This document shows, piece by piece, positions 1-9,609 of a stretch of DNA of 64,000 nucleotides (its first letter is position 1; the number at the start of each line of letters is the position of its first letter). Location of the stretch: NCBI GenBank assembly GCA_029856155.1, contig JAHQWL010000093.1:19834-83833 (forward strand), in the 5' to 3' direction. Source of the DNA: Promethearchaeia archaeon. GTDB taxonomy: Archaea; Asgardarchaeota; Lokiarchaeia; Sigyniarchaeales; SOKP01. The notes beneath the pieces are model-generated. The model had not been told where the DNA came from, did no database searches, and saw only the letters and a program-made list of their open reading frames with translations. The position numbers were made by a program, and so were the translations under genes.

Positions 1-262
1 TAAATGCTGAGAAGACTGCTAATGCTGTATAAATTAAACCATTTAAAAGCCCTCCTAATGCGCCCATTTCACTTTCTGAAAAATATCCCCCGTCTATCTG
101 AATTCCCGCTTCAACATAAGCTAAATAGGCTAAAATCCCCGCTATAGCCACAACGAGAATAATTGGTATAGGATATAATTTTCTTTTTATACTATAAGTC
201 GGAAAAAAGTGAGGGATAAAATCTTTTTTAATAATTTCTTTATCTTCTGGTAATTCTGTCAT
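1..262 (-). CDS. N-terminal part of a multi-pass membrane protein running off the window edge; possibly presenilin/GxGD protease family
   Basis: Manual translation from ATG at 262 gives MTELPEDKEIIKKDFIPHFFPTYSIKRKLYPIPIILVVAIAGILAYLAYVEAGIQIDGGYFSESEMGALGGLLNGLIYTALAVFSAF..., with no stop and two hydrophobic segments. The family call rests only on remembered resemblance. Confidence 0.6.
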   Translation of the reverse strand, partial: MTELPEDKEIIKKDFIPHFFPTYSIKRKLYPIPIILVVAIAGILAYLAYVEAGIQIDGGYFSESEMGALGGLLNGLIYTALAVFSAF

Positions 263-416
263 ATTCTCGAATAATTATTTAAATAAAATATAATTTTTAA
301 TTTGTTATATTAATCATAACTTAAATACCTATTAATTACAATTTTAATCCTAATCTTCTGACATCTTTACCGTTGAAAGAAACTTCTTATAGAACGAAAC
401 TTTTATTACTCTGATA

Positions 417-1157
417 ATGCCAAAACTTCAGAGATATGAACAAAAAATCCGAAAATACAAAGAAAAATTAAAAACTTTAATTACACGAATAGGAATTTCT
501 TACCCTAAAGAATTTGAATTAATAGATGAAGTATCAGAAAATCTAATATTACCATGTCACTTAGGAATTCTTTTTTTCGGAGATTTTGACATCATTTCCT
601 TTGAAAAAATTAAAAATCATTTAAATCAAATTTTTGATTCTTTTTTTTTTGGTATTAGAAATTTGGGGGCATATAATTTTTCTAGTGAGATTTTTTCCAA
701 AGGTGTGAAAAAAGAATACAAAGAAATGAAAAAGTCTTCTAATAAAATTAGAATACATCCAACAAATAAATTCTATCAAATTTTAATTGATGAACGAATT
801 AAAAAAAATCTTGGAATGATAATTGCAATTACTAATCTTCCTATATATTCAAGCAAAAATGACAATATTTTATTTTTATATGGAGAAGCTCATTTAAAAC
901 ATCGTTGTGCTGTAATCTCCTCATTTGAATTAAAAGATTATAATACACCAGAAAATCATTCAGTTTTTGAAAAACGAGTTTTTAAAGAAATTTGCCATGA
1001 AATTGGTCATTTAATCTTAGGTCCTGATCATTGTCACGATAATTTATGCGTTATGCGATTCTCGAATAACATAAATGAAATTGATAAAAAGTCAAGTGGA
1101 TTTTGCGATAAATGTGAAATGAAATTAAATGAAATTAGAAAAAACTCCAACTTTTGA
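417..1157 (+). CDS. amzA: Archaemetzincin (peptidase M54) zinc metalloprotease
   Basis: HEIGHLILGPDHC zinc motif followed by CVMRFS Met-turn and C-terminal FCDKC Cys cluster. Confidence 0.85.
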   Translation: MPKLQRYEQKIRKYKEKLKTLITRIGISYPKEFELIDEVSENLILPCHLGILFFGDFDIISFEKIKNHLNQIFDSFFFGIRNLGAYNFSSEIFSKGVKKEYKEMKKSSNKIRIHPTNKFYQILIDERIKKNLGMIIAITNLPIYSSKNDNILFLYGEAHLKHRCAVISSFELKDYNTPENHSVFEKRVFKEICHEIGHLILGPDHCHDNLCVMRFSNNINEIDKKSSGFCDKCEMKLNEIRKNSNF

Positions 1158-1168
1158 TTTAGAAATTC

Positions 1169-2419
1169 TTAAAAAGAGATAATAGGTAATTTGTGGATAA
1201 ATTCCTTAACTAATTCCACTCGTTCCTTTCTCTCTTGCTTATAATATCTGAGAGGATAAAGTTCATTAATTACAAATTTGTATATTTCTATCCAAGTTTT
1301 AGCAACTTTACTAATTTGATAGTTTTTAGCGACAATTTTCGCATTTTTGCCCATCTCTGCTCGTAAAGCATCATCTTTGAATAAACTCACAACCTTATCT
1401 TTGAAATCATTTAGATTATTAGCGAGATACCCTGTTTTACCATGTTGAATAACATTTGAAATTCCTGTTGCGTTAGCTCCTACACAAGGAGTGCCCTGTG
1501 CCATTGCTTCAATTAATACTAAACCTTCTGCTTCGATCCATGACCAAAGACAAGATAAATCAGCAGTGTTATATAATTTTAATAGATCTGTAAAGGGTAC
1601 ATGGCCTAGGTAAGAAACATTATCTCTATAATGTTTCTTATTAATTAATTTCTTAACGGGGGAGCTTGATGGTCCATCACTTCCTACTAGTACTAAGTGT
1701 GAATCTGGTACCTCTTTTTGGATTTTTTTGAACGTTTTGATTATACTTAATTGGTTTTTTTCAGGAGATAGCCTTGACGCATATAAAAGAATCTTTTTAC
1801 TATCCAAATTGTACTTATCTCGTATTCCGTTTTCTTTTACGTCTGTAAAATATAAATCAGAAATTCCATTGGTCAAACAAACAATAGGTTCCTTAAATCT
1901 TTGATCTCTAAGTAAATCTTTTTTCGATTTCGTTGGAACCGAAACAAGATCATATTTATCAAGAATGTGTCTTTCATATCGCCAAACCCAATCCATTCTC
2001 GAAAGCAATTTTCCAAGAACAGGAATATATTGGGCGGTATAAAATGAAAGTGGGGAATTATGTGTCCCTACCATCGGAATACCCAAATATTTAGCCCAAT
2101 TAATTGCTAAAGATCCAAAACTCGCATGTGTATGAATATGTGCTATATCTAGATAATCATGAGAACAGAAAAAGTATTTATGTAGAGGAACGCTGAGTAC
2201 AAAGCCAGTTTTAGGAGCTATCTTTGCCCCGAAAAAGTTATGGAGATGGAGGTTTGGAGGTTTGGTTTTAGGTTTTTCAATCCCAGGTGCGAATACATGT
2301 ACGTTATGTCCAGTATATTTAGCAATTGCTTCAGCAAGATTTCTACAAGCAATTGCAGTTCCATTAACTTGTGAATACATAGATGTGAAAAATCCGATAT
2401 CAAGTTTTTGTTTAACCAT
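1169..2419 (-). CDS. Glycosyltransferase family 4 (GT-B), diacylglycerol glucosyltransferase-like
   Basis: N-terminal FTSMYSQVNG, HIHT, SRLSPEKN and EAEGLVLIEAMAQGTP (E-x7-E) motifs. Confidence 0.9.
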   Translation of the reverse strand: MVKQKLDIGFFTSMYSQVNGTAIACRNLAEAIAKYTGHNVHVFAPGIEKPKTKPPNLHLHNFFGAKIAPKTGFVLSVPLHKYFFCSHDYLDIAHIHTHASFGSLAINWAKYLGIPMVGTHNSPLSFYTAQYIPVLGKLLSRMDWVWRYERHILDKYDLVSVPTKSKKDLLRDQRFKEPIVCLTNGISDLYFTDVKENGIRDKYNLDSKKILLYASRLSPEKNQLSIIKTFKKIQKEVPDSHLVLVGSDGPSSSPVKKLINKKHYRDNVSYLGHVPFTDLLKLYNTADLSCLWSWIEAEGLVLIEAMAQGTPCVGANATGISNVIQHGKTGYLANNLNDFKDKVVSLFKDDALRAEMGKNAKIVAKNYQISKVAKTWIEIYKFVINELYPLRYYKQERKERVELVKEFIHKLPIISF

Positions 2420-2996
2420 ATTGCATCAAAGAAAAAAGATTTAAGTTTCTAGAGAAGTCCTTAAGAACAAAAGACATGATTTTTATTTACTAATTTAATT
2501 AAACACGTATTTATATAAAAAGATGTAATATTTAATAAAAAAAATTCGATTTTTTAATAAGAAAAAAAAGCTTCAAATTGAGGTTAATTGATACATCTTG
2601 GGAAATGGTTAATTAGGTGATTAGATAAACAAATTAATTATGTAGATTTTAATTAATAAAGGTTTTTCTCACACAAAATATATTAGAACGATTTTGACAA
2701 CAAAAATTTTTTATGTGAATATATTCCTCAAATCATTAATTATGTAAACATCACTAACAAATTCGATAAAATCATGATAATCTGATTAAAATTTAGTAAA
2801 AATACCTACAATTCCGCTTTAAATTGATTTTTATTCTTATGTAGCATTTTTATTTTGATTTATGCTCATTATTTAAACAACCTTTAAATTTTAACTAATA
2901 CATTTAATGTAAAATCCTTTATGAAATACCTTATTGGATATGAATTTAAAATTAAAAATAATAAATTTTTTTTGGCTAGCACCATAACTCATAATT

Positions 2997-3176
2997 ATGG
3001 ACTCAATTGAGGAAAAAATAATTATTAATGAAATTATGAATCAAAGAAGATTATCATATTCTATTGAAGTTTTAGAAGTCCAAGGAGATAAATATACCGT
3101 ACGTAATAATTTTGGCTCCACAATTACTTATGTGAAAAAAGGAGAGAATTATTTCACAGAAGAAGAGTTAGAATAA
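2997..3176 (+). CDS. Small hypothetical protein, 59 aa (below ORF-track cutoff)
   Basis: ATG2997 to TAA3176: MDSIEEKIIINEIMNQRRLSYSIEVLEVQGDKYTVRNNFGSTITYVKKGENYFTEEELE. Purine-rich, coding-like composition inside otherwise low-complexity DNA, followed by a T-tract. Confidence 0.7.
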   Translation: MDSIEEKIIINEIMNQRRLSYSIEVLEVQGDKYTVRNNFGSTITYVKKGENYFTEEELE

Positions 3177-3521
3177 AAGTCTAAAAATTACTTACTTCTA
3201 AAAGTCTATTATTTTTTAATTAATAAAAAAAGAGGTTATATTAAATTTTAGATAAGAATTTAAAATACTAATTTTATAAGTAAATTAATAACATTAATAA
3301 AATATTATAAAATAACCAGTTGATAAAATATTCGCCGAAGAAGGATAGGATCTGATAGTACTGAGAGTAAATTCATTGAAAAGTTTCGAGCGGTCCTTGA
3401 TGATCATACATCACTTTCAATCTATAATAAAAAAAAGCGATCATTTTGTATTATTCGAAAAGATTTAGCAAAATCGTATGAGATTGAAGTTGATGCTTCA
3501 GAAGCTCCTATCCTAAATAAA

Positions 3522-4463
3522 GTGCTAAGCGATCCCGAGCCTTATGAAAGTTCGATGGCAGATTTAAAAATATTAGAGGAAGAAATATTCCCAATAAATC
3601 AAGCTTTTCAGAAAGTATTTGGAATAGATAAAGAACTTAAGTTGAATTCAATTAAATTAGCTATAGGTAGTAATTATAATGATTATGTGACAATTGGAGA
3701 AAATGATTTGATTAAATTCGAGGTTAAACCTACACTGAGCGGATTAATGAGATTCATAAAAGAAAATAAAGAAAGCATTTTAGGATTTTTAGATTGTGAG
3801 TATATAAGTGAAGAAGGAAATGTTATATATCTAAGTTGTGGGAAAAAAAATTTATCCGATAATATCACCTCAATTAAAGTGTTAATCCTTGCATCCATGC
3901 AACAAAGAGGATTTTTTCTTCAACAAGAACATAAATATTATGGGCTTCAACTTTATTTAATCATAGAATCCAGAAAACCAAATGATGTTAAATTACTTGA
4001 GTTATTAAGGGAATTAGATATTGATTGGGAATTAGTCTATTTTAGAAGAAAACTTGCAATCCATGATTGGACAGAGATAGAGTGTGAAAGGAATTCAGAA
4101 AATCTCAAAAGTTATCTTCGTGCAAAATTTGAAACCTTAAATTATTTTGACGTAAATAATATTATAAGATTAATAGTAAAAAATCAATTACCTTTTAAAG
4201 TTGCTCAAAAAATGGCTTCTTTGTTATATAAAATGAAAAATCAGCGATCTACTCAATTTCAGGATAACCGGTATCAAGAGAGTTCGTATCAAGAAGATCA
4301 AATTCAACAGGATGAGTATTCAATTACTCTTAAAAAAGCAGAAGTCGCTGCTGCGGCTAAACTCGCTTGTGCATACTTAGGAATCCAGAAAAAGATCAAG
4401 TATGATCGAGATATATCTGATGCGGAGATTCTTAAATATGAAACAGAATTAACAAACATATAA
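3522..4463 (+). CDS. Hypothetical protein; true start probably further upstream (frame open from 3327); C-terminus weakly TFIIB/cyclin-like
   Basis: 313-aa ORF from GTG; frame stays open and protein-like for 65 more codons upstream with no ATG/GTG/TTG. Confidence 0.7.
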   Translation: MLSDPEPYESSMADLKILEEEIFPINQAFQKVFGIDKELKLNSIKLAIGSNYNDYVTIGENDLIKFEVKPTLSGLMRFIKENKESILGFLDCEYISEEGNVIYLSCGKKNLSDNITSIKVLILASMQQRGFFLQQEHKYYGLQLYLIIESRKPNDVKLLELLRELDIDWELVYFRRKLAIHDWTEIECERNSENLKSYLRAKFETLNYFDVNNIIRLIVKNQLPFKVAQKMASLLYKMKNQRSTQFQDNRYQESSYQEDQIQQDEYSITLKKAEVAAAAKLACAYLGIQKKIKYDRDISDAEILKYETELTNI

Positions 4464-4470
4464 TTTCCCC

Positions 4471-4493
4471 TTTTTTTTTAACTTAAAAAAAAA
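4471..4493. terminator. Bidirectional poly-T/poly-A terminator-like palindrome between convergent genes
   Basis: TTTTTTTTTAA-C-TTAAAAAAAAA, a perfect inverted repeat giving a T9 tract on each strand just after both stop codons. Confidence 0.5.
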
Positions 4494-4532
4494 CCATAAG
4501 AATTATAAATAGGTTAAAGTATTCATTGTTCA

Positions 4533-5528
4533 TTAGGTTAATCCATAAGATTGTCTTAATAATTCATGATTTACACTTCCAACTGATATACTTTTTCCTG
4601 TTTTAATGTTATTTACTGTATAAATTGCTGGAGCAAATAATCCAGGATCAATCTCATAAAAATTATAATTTGCAGCTTTAAATGTCTCTAAAAAGGGTTT
4701 TCCATAACTAGACGATGTATTAGCTGGTGCTTTTTTAAGAAGTTCAAATATTTCTTCTTCTTTTTCTTTTTCAACATTTATGGTATAATAAGTTAAACCC
4801 GCAGCACTTATGGAATCGTTTGTACGTCCCATTGCTCCAAGATCATCTTTCGCAATGGGAGCAATCGTTGTAGTACCAAAACCATCACTTATCATATCAA
4901 TTGGAAATTTTATTTCATGTAATTTATGAATTCCTGTTTCTACTATTCTAGCGGCTACTTGAATGGAACCCGTCAAACTTGCAGTTGGAGCGCATATCGC
5001 ATAAGTATTATTTGGATTAACACCACATTTATTGGCTACAATATCCATAACTTCTTCATTTGGCAATTTTGGAGTTTCAAAAACAATAATAGCGCAATTA
5101 GAATCATCGTTATAGTCTAATTCTTCGAATATTTTTTCTACTTTACTCTTAGCACGAGCAGGTCCTGATCCTAAGGATTGAAATATAACTTTTTTTTTCA
5201 ATTCTCCATCTTTTTCAACTTCTTTTTTCAATTTAACATTCCAACCCGCTAACTGAGATGCCATACACGAGATTATTGGTTCTGAAGTATAAATATTGAC
5301 ACTTGGTATGTAATGTCCATCAAGATTATAAGAAGAAAATTCAACAGTCCCTAACCCACCCATGCAAATTTCTCCAACAAGTTTTCCTCCACCCCAAGAT
5401 GCTTGACTCATATCAAGAATAGTAGAGCCATTATCTAATTTATTTATCTTTGCATTATAGTATTCCTTATTTTGTATGATTTTTTCAGTGATATTTTTAG
5501 CCAATTCATTAATTTTTACGTGATGCAC
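4533..5528 (-). CDS. mch: Methenyltetrahydromethanopterin cyclohydrolase
   Basis: ICMGGLG, CMASQLAGW, GSGPARA, APTASLTGSIQVAARIVE, AMGRTND and FYEIDPGLFAPA motifs. Confidence 0.95.
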   Translation of the reverse strand: MHHVKINELAKNITEKIIQNKEYYNAKINKLDNGSTILDMSQASWGGGKLVGEICMGGLGTVEFSSYNLDGHYIPSVNIYTSEPIISCMASQLAGWNVKLKKEVEKDGELKKKVIFQSLGSGPARAKSKVEKIFEELDYNDDSNCAIIVFETPKLPNEEVMDIVANKCGVNPNNTYAICAPTASLTGSIQVAARIVETGIHKLHEIKFPIDMISDGFGTTTIAPIAKDDLGAMGRTNDSISAAGLTYYTINVEKEKEEEIFELLKKAPANTSSSYGKPFLETFKAANYNFYEIDPGLFAPAIYTVNNIKTGKSISVGSVNHELLRQSYGLT

Positions 5529-5638
5529 TTATTTTCACCTTATTAAATTTACTTTTTTTAATTGAGTATTTATTATTAATTTGATATTTTAATTTAATAT
5601 AATATTAATTTTGCATTTATGATTATCTACTTCTATAT

Positions 5639-7162
5639 ATGATGAATGACGCGAATAACAAAATAGAAAGGTTTATTGAAGCCATAAAGATTGTAAAGGA
5701 CAACTTTCTTAAAAGTTTGAAAGAAATGAACTCATGTATTCATATATATACGCATTTAGACGCTGATGGACTGAGTTCAGGTGCAATCTTAGGTAAATCT
5801 TTATTTAGAGAAAATATTCCCTTTCAAATCACTGTGTTACGTCAATTAGAAAAGGAAGAAATTAAAAAAATCTCTGATAATATCAAAGAATTTAAAAATT
5901 TTTTAATTTTTACTGATTTTGGAAGTGGCCAGTACCTAGAACTTCAAAAACAGCTGATTCTGAAAGAAAATTTTAATTCTCTTATTATATTAGATCATCA
6001 TCTACCTCAGAATATATCATCTAAGAAAGATATTGATTTAATTAGGGAAGTTCATAAAAACTCATATCAATGGCACCTTAATCCTTATTTTTTTGGATTT
6101 GATGGAAGTTTAGAGATATCTGGAGCGGGTTTAAGCTACTTTTTTGCGAAATCTTTAAATAAAAATAATATTGACATGGCACCAATTGCCCTTGTAGGAG
6201 CAATCGGTGATATTCAAAATCAAGGTCCAAACAAATCATTTTTTGGTATAAATTCAATAATTTTAGAAGATGCTAAGAATCTCGGACTTATTGAAATAAT
6301 AAATGATTTAAATTTTTCTTCGATAAAACCCTTAAATGAAGCTATTGCTTATTCTAAAGAGATTAATCTGCCCGGATTAACTGGTGATGTCAATAGAACT
6401 CTTATATTTTTACAAACTTTAGGGATATTGATGGAAAATTCAAATGGTGATATAAGAACCCTAAATGAACTCAATAAGGATGAAAAACAAAAGATTTCTA
6501 CTGCAATAATTGAATATGCTTCAGTAAAACTTGATATTGAACCCAGTAAAATCGTAGAAAAATTAATAGTAAATAGATATTTACTGAAAAATGAGGTTGT
6601 TGGTTCAGAATTCTATGACATATCCGAATTTTCTAACCTTTTAAATGCTTGTGGACGAACAAATAGTGCTTCATTAGGAATCGCTTTAGCAATGGGAGAT
6701 AGGAAAATGGCATACCAGAAATCTCAAGAAATACTGTTAGATTATAAGAAATTGTTAATGACGAGTCTTAGATGGTTAAAAGAAAATCAAAAAATTCAAC
6801 AAATGGAATTTATTCAATATTTTTTCGGAGAGGATAATATCCCAGAAAAAATTATTGGAACTATTGCTTCAATGCTAGTTTTTGAAAATAGTGAAGGATT
6901 TGATAAAGCAAAACCCATATTTGGTTTAGCAATAAGAGAAGATGAGAATGTTTATAAAGTTTCGGGAAGAGCACATAGGTATATTGTAAACAAAGGTGTA
7001 AATCTTTCACAAATAATTAGAGAAGCATGTGAAAAATCAAATTTAGATGTCTTAGGTGGTGGTCATCCTCCGGCGGCGGGAACAAAAATCCCTATAGATA
7101 AAGCAGAAACATTTCTTGAAAATTGCAATATCGCAGTACGAAATCAATTACAAAATAAATAA
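5639..7162 (+). CDS. Archaeal RecJ-like DHH/DHHA1 exonuclease (GAN/Cdc45-related family)
   Basis: Intact HLDADG, DFGSG, DHH, GAIGD, LLNACGR, VSGR and GGGHPPAAG motifs. Confidence 0.88.
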   Translation: MMNDANNKIERFIEAIKIVKDNFLKSLKEMNSCIHIYTHLDADGLSSGAILGKSLFRENIPFQITVLRQLEKEEIKKISDNIKEFKNFLIFTDFGSGQYLELQKQLILKENFNSLIILDHHLPQNISSKKDIDLIREVHKNSYQWHLNPYFFGFDGSLEISGAGLSYFFAKSLNKNNIDMAPIALVGAIGDIQNQGPNKSFFGINSIILEDAKNLGLIEIINDLNFSSIKPLNEAIAYSKEINLPGLTGDVNRTLIFLQTLGILMENSNGDIRTLNELNKDEKQKISTAIIEYASVKLDIEPSKIVEKLIVNRYLLKNEVVGSEFYDISEFSNLLNACGRTNSASLGIALAMGDRKMAYQKSQEILLDYKKLLMTSLRWLKENQKIQQMEFIQYFFGEDNIPEKIIGTIASMLVFENSEGFDKAKPIFGLAIREDENVYKVSGRAHRYIVNKGVNLSQIIREACEKSNLDVLGGGHPPAAGTKIPIDKAETFLENCNIAVRNQLQNK

Positions 7163-7186
7163 TATTGTGTAATAAAACGATTTAAT

Positions 7187-8494
7187 TTAGATCTGATAGA
7201 TCTCTCCCGTTTCAGGAGCTACTGAATTATATTCTTTTTTAACTAATTCACTTGCTAAGCTAGTTGTTGATTTATTATCTCCATGAACACAAAAAATATC
7301 CCTATTTGAATTTCTTAGGAAATTTAATTTTTCTACATAACTTTGAAGGTGTATATTATCAGCATGACTTGAAAAATCAAAATAATCATAATCACATTGT
7401 GCTACGATGCTCAAATCTGTAAATTTATTGTGATCTCTTCTCGATTCTTTATATTCGAAAATTCCTTCATCTAATAAATTTCTCCCTGGTGTTCCTTCCA
7501 CTTGATATCCTACTAAATATATTGCTGATAAAGGATCTGGTAATATTGTTTGAATGTAATCAATCGCAGCACCTCCCTTAAGCATACCAGAAGGGGAAAT
7601 AATTACACCACCAAGGTTTTTTATTTTTGTCCTAGTTTTAGGTTTAGTTACAAACTGAGTTTTTTTCAATGCGTTCCTAAATAATTTTATATCTTTTATA
7701 TAATCTGGATATTCCAAAAATAAAGTAGATATTTTTCTTGCTAAGCCATCAATAAAGATTTTTCCAGAGTAATTATATTTCTCTAAAATTAATAAAGCTT
7801 CTTGAGATCTTGCTAAACCGAAAGCTGGTACTAAGACACTACCACCATTATCAGTAATTTCAATGATTTTTTCTACGAATTTCTTCTCAAGTTTCTCTCT
7901 AGGGGGGTGTTCTTTAAGAGCATATGTAGACTCAATGATTAAAGCATCAATCTCAGGAATGTCTTCAGTGTTAGCAGAATATACCAAATTAGTATTTTGT
8001 GTATTGATATCACCTGAATACAAAATTGTTTTATTGTCTACATCAAGTAAAATTGATACACTACCAGGAATGTGCCCTGCATCTAGAAATGTTATAAAAA
8101 AATTATCAGAAATCTTTTTTCGCGTTCCATTTTTAAGGAAATAGGAATTTTGTTTTAAGTAATCTACTTCTCTATATCCAAAAGGATAAGGATAATTTGA
8201 TATTTTTATCATATCTCTTATCAGAATTTCTGCTAATGCTAGAGAAATCGAATTTGTAAAGAATGGGATCTTATCATTCTTGTATAATAAAGGTAAAGCA
8301 CCAGAATGATCAATGTGGCTATGAGTCAATGCGATTGCTTTCAGATTTTTAATATTTGTATCAAAAGGGAATCTCTCTTCTCCTCTGAATCGAATCCCAT
8401 AATCTAACATGCATTTTGCACCATTTTGGGATTCTACTAGTATAGCACTTCGTCCAACTTCTCTACATCCACCGAGAAAAGAAATAGTAACCAT
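7187..8494 (-). CDS. Metallo-beta-lactamase/beta-CASP ribonuclease (aCPSF2-like, no KH domains)
   Basis: LGGCREVGRS, THSHIDH, AGHIPGS, SGD, IESTY, GYQVEGTPGR, FSSHAD, VHGD. Confidence 0.9.
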   Translation of the reverse strand: MVTISFLGGCREVGRSAILVESQNGAKCMLDYGIRFRGEERFPFDTNIKNLKAIALTHSHIDHSGALPLLYKNDKIPFFTNSISLALAEILIRDMIKISNYPYPFGYREVDYLKQNSYFLKNGTRKKISDNFFITFLDAGHIPGSVSILLDVDNKTILYSGDINTQNTNLVYSANTEDIPEIDALIIESTYALKEHPPREKLEKKFVEKIIEITDNGGSVLVPAFGLARSQEALLILEKYNYSGKIFIDGLARKISTLFLEYPDYIKDIKLFRNALKKTQFVTKPKTRTKIKNLGGVIISPSGMLKGGAAIDYIQTILPDPLSAIYLVGYQVEGTPGRNLLDEGIFEYKESRRDHNKFTDLSIVAQCDYDYFDFSSHADNIHLQSYVEKLNFLRNSNRDIFCVHGDNKSTTSLASELVKKEYNSVAPETGEIYQI

Positions 8495-8685
8495 TTTTAA
8501 ATGTCTCTAAGAATAATTTTTGCTTTAAAACACTTACTATATAGTGAAAACAATTAGAAAGATAATAATTTTATCAAATTTAATAAAGAAAGATTAAAAA
8601 AAACTCAAAAAGTAATAATTTTTTTTGCATTTTTTTCAATTCTTGTATCCATTTAAAAAGAAAAGATAAGTAAGAAATAGAAACG

Positions 8686-9435
8686 TTATTTGATTTTTTT
8701 TATAGAATTAGTTAATAAAGCAATAACATTATTAACATTTTTACCAAATATTTCGAGTATCTCTTCCCATGTAACGGGAGCTTCATCATCTTTCCAGCAG
8801 TCATAATCTGTAGACATAGCAACTGCAGCATAAGGGATACCAGCTTCATTTGCCAAAATTGTCTCAGAAGCGATGCTCATATTAATAACATCTGCGCCCC
8901 ATATTCTAAACATCTCTGATTCTGCTCTTGTTGAAAATCTTGGACCCTCAATAGTAACAACTGTTCCCTTTTCATGATATTTAAGATTAAGTTCTCTTGC
9001 TGTTTCAATAAGGATATTTCTTAACTCTTCTGAGTAAGGGAAAGCCATTGGAGTGTGTTTCATATCTCCAGGAGCAAATTCTTCAAAAAAAGATACTTTC
9101 CTGAGCCTAGTGAAATCAATAAATTGATCAAGAATAACAAAATCACCTCGTCCAATTTGTTCTCTCAAACTTCCGCAAGCTGTTGTTGCCAGTATATGAG
9201 TGCAGCCTTGATCTTTTAATGCTTGTATGTTAGCCCTATAATTTACTTGCGTTGGCGGAATTGTATGCTCTCTTCCATGTCTAGCTATAAGAACCACATC
9301 AATGTCACTAATTTTCCCCAATTTTAGTGAAGAAGTTGGTTTTCCATAGGGTGTATTAATATCAATATTCCTAGCATCCTTTAGAATGTCTGGATTGTCT
9401 AATCCAGAACCACCAATTATTCCTATTTTTACCAT
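8686..9435 (-). CDS. mtnP: S-methyl-5'-thioadenosine phosphorylase
   Basis: IGIIGGSG, ARHG, ACGSL, IEGPRFSTRAES, DVINM, TDYDCW. ATG at 9435 is preferred because the GTG at 9444 lies in a GTGA SD-like element. Confidence 0.93.
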   Translation of the reverse strand: MVKIGIIGGSGLDNPDILKDARNIDINTPYGKPTSSLKLGKISDIDVVLIARHGREHTIPPTQVNYRANIQALKDQGCTHILATTACGSLREQIGRGDFVILDQFIDFTRLRKVSFFEEFAPGDMKHTPMAFPYSEELRNILIETARELNLKYHEKGTVVTIEGPRFSTRAESEMFRIWGADVINMSIASETILANEAGIPYAAVAMSTDYDCWKDDEAPVTWEEILEIFGKNVNNVIALLTNSIKKIK

Positions 9436-9609
9436 TATATTCACTATTTAGAGTTTTTAAATTATAATATTTAAAATTTTATAAATTATTTTTTATAAAA
9501 TATTTTATTTTGATGTTAGAGGGTATTTTCTCCAGCAATAAATTCTAAAAAGTTGTAATTATATATGAATTACTGTAAAATTTATTTCTAAACCTTAATT
9601 TACTTTTTC

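Noticed and set aside
2420-2996. Possible replication origin or ncRNA in the long AT-rich intergenic region
   Set aside because: No ORB-like boxes or G-strings, no cdc6/orc1 nearby, and no GC-rich structured segment
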